Shown in pieces: positions 8,290 to 20,200 of a stretch of DNA of 56,995 bases. Position 1 is the stretch's first letter. Each line of letters opens with the position of its first letter. The position numbers and the translations under genes are program-made. The stretch lies in the IMG/VR virus record IMGVR_UViG_3300035703_000115, positions 1-56,995 of that record, one strand, 5' to 3'. The DNA is from a virus. Lineage: Duplodnaviria; Caudoviricetes. The notes under the pieces were generated by a model. That model was not told the DNA's origin and made no database searches. It saw only the letters and a list, made by a program, of their open reading frames with translations.

Positions 8290-11200
8290 ATGCGCTTTGA
8301 TGTCAACGCCGCTCGCAAGGCTGGGTACACCGACGATGAGATTGCCGACTACCTTTCTGAGCAGCGCGGGTTTGACATTGGCTCGGCGCGGGAATCGGGC
8401 TATTCGTCTCGGGAGGTCTTGGACTTTCTGAGCAAGCCGGAGGTCAAAAAGCCGGCCGTCGCCAACACCCCGGCCTATGTCGAGGAGCCCATCAACTACG
8501 ACGATGCGGCAACCTCGATGGCGGGTACGCCTTCGCAATCAAACGGCGGCGGCGTCCTTCAGCGCATCGGCGCGGCGCTGCGGCCCGACCAAAATCGCAG
8601 CGTGCTTGAGGGGTACAAGCAGCCGGAGGCCGAGCGCCAAGCGGAGGTTGATCGTCGCCTGTCCTACGGTCAGGGTCCAATCAGCCAGAAGGTCGCGGCC
8701 GATGCTGACCGTGTTCGCAGTGCGCGTGGCACCAACGACCAGATCAAGTTCACCAGCCCGACCTATGAGAGCCGGGTGCGGGGGGTCGTTGACGCGATGG
8801 ACGAGCGCGGCGAGCGCTCTTTTGGCGACCTTGCCGCGCTTGGGCGTGATGGCGAGATTCAGCGGGCATTGACTCAGAGCAAGGCCGACGAGTTCCGCTC
8901 TGCCGGCGAGTGGGCCATCGACACCGCATCCAATGTGATGCAGGGCGCCGTGTCTCTGGCGCAGATGCCGGTCAATCTGATCGCGCCTGACGGCTCTCTG
9001 GCCGAGTCGCTGCGGCAGACCCAGAAGGAATTGCAGGCCGAGGAGTCTGATGTCCTCAAGGCCAGCCGTGAAGTCCTCAAGCAGCGGGTGATGAACGAGG
9101 AGGGCTTCTTCGGGCAATACGCCGCCACGGTCAAGCAACTGATCACAAACCCCACGCTCGCTATCTCTGAGGGCTTCAAGCAGTTGCCGATGTTCCTCGG
9201 GATCGTGGGCGCAGCCCGTGGTGGTGCGGCGGCGGGCGCTGCCGGCGTGGCCGCCGCAGGGCGTGTTGCTCCTACGGTTGCGCTGGCAGATGCGATTGGC
9301 GGCGGCGCTCTGACGGCGCGGGCCGCCGCTATCGGCAGCACTGTGGGCGGTGGCGCCGCAGCGGTGACGATGGCCGCGGGTGATGCGGCCGGTCAGACCT
9401 ACGAGGAACTGACCGATCCCCGGCGCACTCCGCGAGAAACCTGGGAGCAGAACCCAGACTATCAGCGCCTTGTGGCCGAGGGCAAGTCTCCGGATGAAGC
9501 GATCAATGAGTTGGCCGTTGCCAAGTCGCGCATGGCCGCGCTTGTGGCCGCGCCTCTTGGCATCTTGGGCTTCATGGGCGCAGAGGCGGCAGTCGCAGGC
9601 CGCGGTATTGTTCAGGCCGCAAGGGATGCGCTGACCTTCAAGGGTGCCGCAAAGTCTTTCGGCAAGGAAACGGTTGGTGAGCAGTTGGAGGAGGGCGGTA
9701 CACAGGCCGCATCCAACTTCGCCGTTTCTACGGTGAACCCAAACAAGTCAATCCTTGAAGGCGTGCCCGAGGCGATGGCACTGGCCGGCGTGACATCGAC
9801 GCCATTCGGCGCGATTGGTGCCTTGAGCAACTATCAGCAGGCGCGGGCTCAGTTGGACTCCGGACCTGATGTGGCGGCCCTCGTTAGCCGGGATGGTCAG
9901 ACCGCAATTGATGACCGCTTCGGCGACACCCTGCGCCCCGAGCGAGTGGCTGCCGAGCGCGAGCGCCTGGAGCGTATGCGCCGCCTGTCTGAGGCGCAGA
10001 GCGTGGATGAGGCGATTGAGTTGGCCAATGAGGTGGCCAATGCGCCGGTTGCGCCGCAGACGCCTGCTGCGCCCGCGGCGCCGGTAAACGCCGGGGATGA
10101 TCCGGTTCTGAGCAATGTGCTGACATCGCTCGGGGCACTGAGCAATCAACCAGGAGGCGTCAATGTCGGGGCATCAAATCAGCCTGCACCCACAGCTACA
10201 GGAGGCCCTGGAGTTGGGGGCGGTGACGTTCTCGGAAGCCTGGTTGCTGATGGACGAAATCCTGCTGCAGGACTGCGAGGTGGTGATGATGCCGGCGGAG
10301 TACCTAGTGTTAGTAGCCAAGGTGCAGTTGTGCTGGGCGGAGGTGCCGCCGGGGGTGGTCGTCCAGTAGTTCTCCAGAACCGCGACCGATCAACGGCGGC
10401 GTCCATCTCGCAGATGAACAGCATCGCGGCAGCACCCGACTATCTCAGGGCTGGCCCGAGCCGTGAGATGGTCACGGGTGCCCCGGTGGTTTTCGGGGAT
10501 GTGCCGGATTTTGCAGCGCTGGGGCGGCAGGAGACGGTTGTGGACGGGCGTGGCAATCGAGTTGCCGTGCAGTACGCCGTGGTGGATGCTGCCGATCTGA
10601 TCCCGTCCAACCGTGCGGATGGCACCCCGGTGTCTGAGTACGAGCAAGGCGCCGCCGGCAAACTGCGCGCGGTGGCCGGCAACGGCAGAACGGCTGGCCT
10701 GCAGGAGGCGTACAACCGCGGCACTGCGGGCGCCTATCAATCCGAGATGATGGCCGACTTGCCCAATCTCGGCGTTGACCCGGCTGCGGTGCAGTCGATG
10801 CAGCGTCCGGTCCTGGTACGGGTCATGTCGCAAGATGATGTGACACCCGACATGGGCGACCGCACGAACACGGCGGTGACGCAGAACTTGAGTCCTGTTG
10901 AGCAGGCGGCCAACGATGTGCGCCGAGTGGATGTTCGCGGGTTTGAGTTCACCGATGCGGGCGACCCGACACCGCAGACTGTTCGCTCGTTCGTGTTCTC
11001 TTTGCCTGAGTCCGAGCGCGGCAACTTGCTCAACGCTGACGGCACGCCGACGCGGCAGGCCGTTGACCGGCTCATGGGCGCCACATTCCGCGCCGCCTAT
11101 GGCAATGATGGGTTGGTGCAGTTGTACGCGCAGGCCACCGACCCGGATGCGCGGTCGGTGATCAACGCCGCGGCGATGGCGGCGGGCTCCATGTCCAGCC

Positions 11201-14200
11201 TGGTTGGGTCCGCCCCGGAGTTCGACATTCGAGGCGTGGTGTCGGATGCCATCGGGATGGCGGTCAATGCGTCCAGGCAGGGAGTTCGCCTCGCTGACTA
11301 TGCAGCCAACACCGATCTGACCACAGACGCTTATGCGGCTGACATTGCAAGGTTCCTGGGTGAGAATATCCGCTCACCCAAGAAGATGGCCGAGGGGCTG
11401 CGGGCGATGGCGAACTTTGCCGCGCAGCAGCAGCAGGCTCTGGTCAGCAACGCCACCAATGCCGGCCTGTTCGGGGATCAGCCCACGGCCAGCCGCCAGG
11501 AGATCATCAATGCCGTCTTCGGACAAGCCAACGGTCAACCCCAAGTCGCTGCTAGAAACGCCGCAGTGGCGCAGGATGGCGGTCAAGGTGCTCAACGGGC
11601 AGCAACCGACCCAGCAGGAGCAGGACGAGTTTCAGTCGATGGCGCTGCAGGAAGCCAAGCGGCGACTGGACGAAATGAGCAAGGCTCAGACCAGCAAGGA
11701 CTGACATCTCCCACGGTCGATCAGGTTCTGCAGCAGCAGGACCGTGCGGCCAATGAAGCGGAACTTGATCAGCGTGATCAGGTTCGACGCGAGAGCGAGG
11801 CGGGCGCCGATCAGTTCACGCTGCAGGCGCAGGATGGCCGGGTAGACAACACCGGCAGCCTGTTCTCAAACGACAGGGAGCAGCAGGACGAGGACTTCCT
11901 GCGGACCGTGTTCGGCGCCGAATCCGGCCAGGCCGGGCAGTCCAACTCTGGAGGCGGCACCACCAATTCCGCATCCCGCCTGCCGACCGTGGAGGGCGTG
12001 GGCTCTGTTGTGCAGATGAAGGTCGGGCAGACCTTCCAGATCCGTGACCAAGGTCAGGTTCACCAGGTTCGCGTGGTGGACTCCAAGTCATCGGGCGTTT
12101 CGTCCAGGGCTCTGGACATCATCGCCAAGGTGTTCGGCAAGCGTGTGGTGTTCGTGGACCCCGGCACCTTGGATGTCGATGGATTCGTGCGGCCTGACGA
12201 CAACCGCAACATCTACATCAGCGTGCGCTCCAGGATCAACCCGCTGGCCGTGCTTGGCCACGAGTTGACGCACCTGCTCAAGCGCGACAACCCGCAAGCC
12301 TACGCCGCCCTGGAGGCGGTGGTGATGCGCGAACTGCGCGAGGGTGCGGGCAAGAGCTTCTCTGCCTACTACGGACCCGGCGCCAATACCGAGGAATTGG
12401 TTTCCGACCTGGTGGGCAACCGCCTGATGGACAAGGACTTTCTGGTCAAGTTGTTCGCCGAGATCCAGGCTCAGAACCCGCAGGGCGCGCAGGGCATCAT
12501 CGCCAAGTTGGCCGCGATCATCAACCGGGTGGTTTCTCGGTTCATGGAGTTGTCCAAGCAGGCCGGCTTTGAGACGGACGCCTTGGTCAAGCGAGTGGCC
12601 CCGATCCAGGATGCGGTGCGGCAGGCTCTGAAGGAGTACGCGCTGCAGCAGGGTCTGCGGCCGGCGCAGATGGAGGTTGCGCTGGCGCGTGCGGGAGCGG
12701 GCTTGAGCATTGAGGGTGCGGCGCCCGTGCGGCGCAGTCCGGTTCGACCGGCCAGCGCGGATCGTGCAGACCTCAACCGTTCGCTCGGCGCGCAGCGCGT
12801 CTCTCCGCGACTGCCAACCGCAGTCAAGGCCACGGAAAATCCGATGGGCAACGACCGACTGCAGCCGGACCTAGATTCAGCCAAGCGGGACGCTGTTGTC
12901 TTCGCGCACAACATCAACCTGATGGCGCAGTACCCCAACTTCGTCAATGTTGGCGGCTCTGTGGACCAAATGGCCGAGGCCATGATCACGCAGATGAAGG
13001 ACAACCTGGTGTGGCTGCACAACCAGTGGCGTCCTGAACTGCGCGAGCGGTCCCGACTCTGGTATGTGGGTGGGAATCGAATCTCACACCGTATGGCTTC
13101 GCGGTTTAGGACCGAGCCCTGGCGTGTGGCTGCCGTGATTGCGGCGACCAGCCCTCAGAAGGACTGGTTCCAGAACGTCTCTTTGGCCGAGCGCATTTTG
13201 GAGGCGGTGGTCAACAACTCGCAGATGGCCTGGACGGCGCAGATGACCGAGACGGTCAACTCCCGCGACTGGGGCGGCAAGGAGTCGCGCGATCTGGGGT
13301 TCACGCCGCGCAATGAAATCTCTCGCCTGCAGGGCAAGACCTTGCGTGATCTGTACGACCCTCAGAATCCGCAGTCTCTTTTGGATATGGCGGTATGGGT
13401 TCGCGCTTGGGATGAAACGTACAACCCCCGCATGGCCAGGGTGATCTCGCCTGAAGGCAAGTTCATTGATGAGTTCGACTCGACCAAGGACGGTCGTCCA
13501 ATCGGCCTGCGTTGGCAGAGTTTTGCGACCATTGCCAAGACGCTGGACATCCTGACTGCGCCTGATCGGGCGACAGTGTCTTCCATGATCGGCTCGAACC
13601 ATAAGGTTCGCTCGTTCTACAACAACATCATCGCGCCGTTTGATGATGAGGACGTGACCATCGACACCCATGCCGTGGCCGCCGCGCTGATGCGACCACT
13701 GGGGTCGTCAGCCACCGAGGTGGCTCACAACTTTGGCACCAACGAAAAGGGGATGCCGGGGCCGAAGAACAGTGCCATCACGGGACTTTTCGGCACCTAC
13801 CCGATCTACGCTGAAGCGTATCGCCGGGCTGCCCGCGAGGTTGGGGTGCTTCCTCGCGAGATGCAGTCCATCACTTGGGAGGCGGTGCGCGGCCTGTTCC
13901 GTCCAGAGCAGAAGAATGAGAGAATCAAGGGCGAGGCAGACCGCATTTGGCGCGAAGTCTCTGAGGGAGAACTGGATGTCAACGAAGCGCGGCAGCAAAT
14001 CTCTGGCCTGGTTGGTGGCATCCAAGACCCCGCCTGGGTCCGATCCCCTGCTGGAAGTAATGAAGCAGCGCGGGATTCCTCTTACGCAGGAGGAGTACCT
14101 GAAGATGGCGTACCCGGAAGGGGTGCCCAACCCGGTGCCGCCCGAGGTGATGGCCGAGATGCCAGCGCAACTCCGGCAAGCCTGAGTCGCGGGCGACGAG

Positions 14201-17200
14201 TCGCGCCCAACCCTGACTCCGCAAACTTCAAGCGTTGGAGCGGTAACGCCCCGCTGATCACCTCTGCAGCAGCGGTTGACCATGTCTTCAAGACGGGTCA
14301 GAAGGTGGTGCTTGAGGGCTTCCACGGTACTGGCCGGGGTGATCGTGTTGGCACGGTGTTCCAGCGCAAGCGCGCCACCTCCGGCCCGATGGCGTTCTTC
14401 ACCAGTTCGCCGGTGCTTGCGAGTTCATACGCGCAGGGGAAGCCAGACACCAGCCGCGCACTGGAGGACAACCCGTTTGAGAGTTGGTTCAAGTTCAAAG
14501 GGAAGGGAATGCGAACGGCGGTCAACCTCGACCGCGCGTGGTATTTCCTTGATCAAGAGAGCAAGGCCAAGATCGCCAAGCGGATGCCTGACATTCGCAC
14601 GGACGATGACGGCAACATCGTCTACGAAGAGGGCGGCGGCGACCTCGGCAACTACGACTGGGAACTGAAGCAAACCAAGTCGGCCTACCTGCGTGAGGGT
14701 AACCCGCTGAAGGCGGCCGTTGAATCTTGGTTGAGCAGCGGCTCCATCTACGGCGACGAGGGCAGTTTCCGCCAGGTGCTGCGCTTGGCCGGCTTCCCGA
14801 TGGATGCGCTAGATTACGACAACCCGCAGGAGACGTACCCGTTCGTCTACAAGGTCTATGTCTCCATGCTCAACCCGCTGGTGACCAGCGACATTCCGAA
14901 GGAAGTGGACGATGCCTTGCGCGCGGCTGCCGCAAAGGACCGCAGCAAGGCCAAGTCACAGTTCGGCGTGGACTCATGGGACAAGAACACCCGCACGCTC
15001 AAGGAGTGGGTGGGCGAGTACCTGAACCCATCCAATGGGGATAACCGCTACGTTTGGACGAGCATCCCTGATAAGGTGACCGAGGTTTTCAAGAGCCTGG
15101 GTTATGACGGGATCATCGACTACTCGGGGAAGAACGGTTCCACCGAAGTCGCGCCGGTCTACATCCCGTTTGAAGAGGGTCAGGTCAAGAGCGCCCTGAG
15201 CAACAGCGGCGAGTTTGACCGCAGCAAGAAGGACATTCAGGCCAGCAGATCGCGTGAGCGCCTACTGTCAATGCCTGCGGTGCCGGTGAGTCCGCTACCC
15301 GATGGTATGGCTCTTGGTGATCTTCGAGTCTTGGCTAGTGAGCGGTACAAGGCCGCTGCCAAACTTGGCCCCGTCAGGATGAAGGATGACCGCGCCGTGC
15401 TGTTGACATCGGTGGGGATGAAGAAGTCGCGCAGCCACAGCGCCGACAAGCGGGTGCTGGACTTGATGGGCTCAATTCGCGAGGTGCTTGGCGCGGCCGA
15501 GCCCGTGGCTTCGATTCCGCATCAGAAGGAAAACCCAGGCGACTCAATCCGCGCGTGGCACTACTACGGCGCGAAGGTGGATATCGATGGCGAGGAGGCG
15601 TTTGCCAAACTCGTTGTGCGCGAGTCCGTCAACGGCGAGATTTACTACGACACCGACCTGTCTGGCGTGGAAGATATCAGCGGTCGTGCTGGTGACGCTG
15701 CCCGATCCAAAACCGGGGCGGCAGCCGTTTCCGCTGACAAAAGAACTCTAGCCGATCTTTTGGGCGCGGGCAATCTTGGGAGTGAGGTTGAGTTGAGCCG
15801 CGGCCGCTCCGAAATCGGTTTCTACTCCGCCCTGTCTGAGGGCATTGACGGCATCAAGGTCAGTGCTGCGCCTGCAGCCGGATGGCGCGATGCCATCAAG
15901 GGCCTGGTGAACAAGGGTGCGGCCAAGGCCGATGAGGTGGAGTGGTCGGGGGTCAATGACTTCCTGAGCCTGCAGGCCGGCAAGGTGACCAAGCAGCAGG
16001 TGCTGGACTACCTGGGCGCCAATGGGGTGCGGGTAGAGGAGGTGGTGCTGGGCGGCAACACCGCATTGACGCCAAGCGAGCAGACCGAGATGGACGAACT
16101 GCTTGACTTGCGCCGGCGCTACGAAGAGGGAGAGGCCGGAGTCTACGAGGCGGCCGACGCCGACAGGTTGGAAGAACTGATGCGCAAGCGCATGCAGGAC
16201 GCCGAAGACGTGGCGCTGCCAAAGTACGGCCAGTACACCCTCCCCGGCGGCGAGAACTACCGCGAGGTGCTGCTGACGCTGCCAGATAGGCGCGAGCTGC
16301 CAGAGGGCTACAAGGTCAAGAATGACCCCGACTATGGGTGGATGGTTGAGAGCCCCGAGGGCGGCATGGTGTGGCAGGGCAGAACGCGAGAGGAGGCTGT
16401 CGCCAATGCCAGAAGCAGCCCGACTGTGCTGGGCCAGAAGCAGCCGGACAAGTCTTACCGTTCCTCACACTGGGACCAGCCCAACGTCATCGCCCACATC
16501 CGCGTCAACGACCGCACCGATGCCGATGGCAAGCGCGTGCTGTTCGTGGAGGAGATTCAATCTGACTGGGGCCAGGAGGGGAAGAAGAAGGGTTTTGCCG
16601 AGAAGTCCCCGAGGCCGGTCCGCGTGTTTGACCGGCGAACTGGGGCGGAGGTTGCACGGTTCAATACCGGGCGCGAGGCTGAGGAATTCATCGCGTCGGA
16701 AGATCCGCGCATGGACAGGCTTGAGTACGAGGAGGACCAGGGTCGCAACTCCGGCATCCCATCCGCACCCTACGTCACCAAGACCGAAGGCTGGCTGAAC
16801 CTCTCCCTCAAGCGCGTGATGATCATGGCCGCAGAGGGAGGCTATGACAAGGTTGCGTTCGTCAATGGCGAGCAGTCTGCTGATCGGTATGACCTTTCAA
16901 AGCAGATCAGCAAGGTTCGCTACGAGGACAGGAGCATCCAAGGCTCTGGCAAGCCCACGTTGGATGGTTCGCCTGAGAGCGGGGAGTTCTATGCCTATGA
17001 CCTTGAAGGGAATCTACAGATTAACAGGCGCCTCAATGACCCAGTCAAGGAGTTGCCTGACCTAATCGGTAAACAACTGGCTGAACGTCTTTTGAATGCT
17101 GAGCCGACAGAAGCTCGCGGCTATGGCGGTGGCTTCCGTCGCCGAGAGGTTTCTGGCGTTGACCTCAAAGTCGGCGGCGAAGGCATGAAGACCTTCTACG

Positions 17201-20200
17201 ACACCATCGTGCCCACGGCGCTGAAGAAGCTGCTGCCCAAGGTGGGTGGTGGGCAGATGAGCAATGTTGATGTTGTCTTGCAAGAAGCATACGAGCGCGA
17301 TCCCGAAGGCTTCCCGGCCAAGATTGCCGCTCAACCCGGCTTTGATGTCACCCCCGAGATGGTGCAGAAGGTATCCGATGGGGTGCCGCTGTTCAGCCGC
17401 GGCCGCAACTCTCAGATCGACACGCCTGAGTTCAAGCGGTGGTTTGGGGATTGGGAGGCTGTTATGCACCGCGTCTTCCTAGACGGCCCCCCGGTCGCCT
17501 CAGTAGCTGGCGACACATTCAGCTCTGATGGAGTGCCGCTAACGGAGAAGGTGCCCAAGTGGTACGCGGAGCGCGGCTTCTCTACGGTGGATGTGGCCGG
17601 TATCGGGCCAGTCTCGCTAGACGAGAAGGCCGTAAAAAACAGCCTTTCGCACGGTATCGGGAGGGATAAGGCCGCTGCGTTTGCGGTGGTCCCCGATGTT
17701 CTTCTAAAGGGCCGCATCATCCACCGTGAGCGGCATGATGGTGGCCGCGACACCGACATGGTGTATCACATAGCCGCGCCGGTCAGGATTGGTGGCCGCG
17801 ACTTTATCGCTGACGTATTGATTCGCGAGGACAGCAACATCCGCCGCATGTACGTCCACGAAGTCGTGCTCAAAGAAAAACTCCAGCAGTCCGCCTTCAA
17901 GACCAGTGCAGATGCAGTCGAAACTGGGGTGCGTGCTGGAGCGGGTGCTGGAGCGATGCGTAGTGTGCTTCAGAGAGTTTTCACCGTCAACCCCGCAACC
18001 GTCTCCAAAGTCGTCGATGCTGATGGCAAGCCGATGGAGGTGTACAACGGCTCGCCGGACGGGATTGAGGCGTTTGAAGAAGGCCGAGACGCCTACTTCA
18101 CCAGCAGCCGCCGATTGGCCGAGGAGTACACCGACCGCCGAGGTATGTGGTTGTCCAAGGGCGCGAACCCGACTGTCACCTCTGCTTACCTGTCAATTCA
18201 GAACCCGTTGGTGATTGACGCGCTTGGCAAGCGCAACGACAACATCCCGGTGCCGTGGCAGGAGTGGAGCCCGAAGGTATTCGGCAGGCTTCCAGATGGT
18301 GCAGTGAGCGTTGAGGCTGCGGCCAAGCGTGCCCGTGAGATGGGTTACGACGGTCTGATTGTTCGCAACGTGGTGGACAGCGCCACGACCGATGGCAAGA
18401 CCAAGGGCGACGTGTTCGTGGCCTTCAGCCCCGAGCAGATCAGGGAATCGACCGGCGACAGCAGCGACATCACGAAGTCCTCTGGCCGCGCCACCAGTGA
18501 CCTGGACCTGATCGCCAAGCGCGACGAGATGGGCCGATTGAAGTTCGGCCTGGGCAGCAAGGCTTACAGCCTCGTGGCCGAGGTGGCCAACAACGTGCTG
18601 GATCGGGTTCGCATGAAGCCCATCTCCGAAGACCTCGCTCGGGCCATGCTCAAGATGAAGGTCGCCATCGAGCAGGCGCAGGAGCGCACGGTGGATGTGG
18701 CCAAGTCCATGAGCGAACTGGACCCCGCCGAGCGGCAGATGATCTCGGATGTGATTGAGCAGGAACTGACCGCAGGCGTGGTGCCCCCAACTCGTGTGCT
18801 GCAGATCGCGGCCACCCTGCAGGGCATCATGTCCGAGCAGTCCAAGGAACTGATCGACCTGGGCATGCTGCGCCAGGAAGATGCTGACCGATGGGATGGA
18901 CGCTACATCCCGCGCTTCTACGAGCAGACTCTTGGCAAGGAAGCCTCGGCCTGGATGAAGGCGGTCAAGCAGTTGTTCACTCGCCCGCGCGCGATGATGG
19001 GCATCAAGGGCAACAACCTGAAGTCTCGCGGTCTGTGGGAGACGATCCCTGCGGACGAGTTGGCATCGTGGACGGCCAATGGTTGGGAGGCTCGCGACCC
19101 CGCGTTCGATCCGGCCACCTCAACCGAGGTCCGCATCTGGCGCGACTACACCCGCCCCGAGCGGGATGGCATGGGCGAGATTCGGGACGCCATGTTCCGC
19201 TTCGTCATGGGCTACCAGAAGGCCCAGCGCGACATCGCCTTGGGCAAGATGTACCGGCACATCAACCAAACGATGGCTAGCAGCGTCGAGAAGGATGGAT
19301 TCGTTCGGGTGCCGGACTCCAGCATCGATGGCGTGGACGTGCCGTCCTACGGCGAGCTGGCCGGCAAGTGGGTTCCGCGCGAGGTGCTGGATCACCTGAG
19401 CGCATTCGACTCCACGCAGCGCAACGCCCTGACCCGCTTCTACCAAAAGGCTCTTTCCTACTGGAAGGAGGGCAAGGTGGTGCTCAACCCGGTGAGCCAT
19501 GCCAACAACATCCTGTCCAACCTGACGATGGCCCACTTCGCCGGCGTGTCGTACTGGGACGGCGGCAAGTACATGGCCGCCCTGCGTGACATGGTCAAGG
19601 GCTCGCCCATGCTGGACGAGGCCAAGGACGCGGGCCTGTTCGTGGGATCGTTCAACCAGGCCGAGATCGCCAAGGCGCTGCCCGAGGAGTTGAAACTCCT
19701 GGCCGGCAAGTCCGAGAGCAAGGCCGGGCAGGCGGTGGACTTCGCCTTCACCGCGATGACGTTCTTCTTGCGAAAGCCGATGAACATGGCCTACGAGGTG
19801 GAGGACCAGTACTTCCGGTACCTGCTGTACCGCGACGCACGACAGCGCGGCATGGAGCCGGAGGACGCGGTGCGCCACTCGCAGCGGCACATCTTCACCT
19901 ACGACGACCTGCCGCAGGGCGCGCGCGTGGTGCGCGACACGGCGCTGCCATTCTTCGCCTACACCTACAAGGTGATCCCGGTCCTGGCCAAGACGGCGCT
20001 GGAGTACCCGCATCGGTACGCGATGCCAGCGGCCATCCTGTACACCCTCAACGCCCTTGGATTCGCGATGGCCGCCGGCGATGAGGACGATGACTGGATG
20101 GAGATCATCCGCAAGTACGCCACCGACGCCGACTTCCGCAAGAAGGTCAGCGACCTGGAGGGCCAAGAGCGCGAGAACCTGCCGCCGTGGATGCAGGGCG

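Noticed and set aside
15243-15271. Antisense promoter after ART domain 1 (TTGACA on the minus strand)
   Set aside because: No plausible -10 at 16-18 bp spacing and no structured RNA downstream.
16844-17065. Additional nested ORF in the giant gene
   Set aside because: GGAGG is only 2 nt from the ATG, the product is a Ser/Arg/Met-rich shadow, and the host frame encodes conserved domain sequence here.
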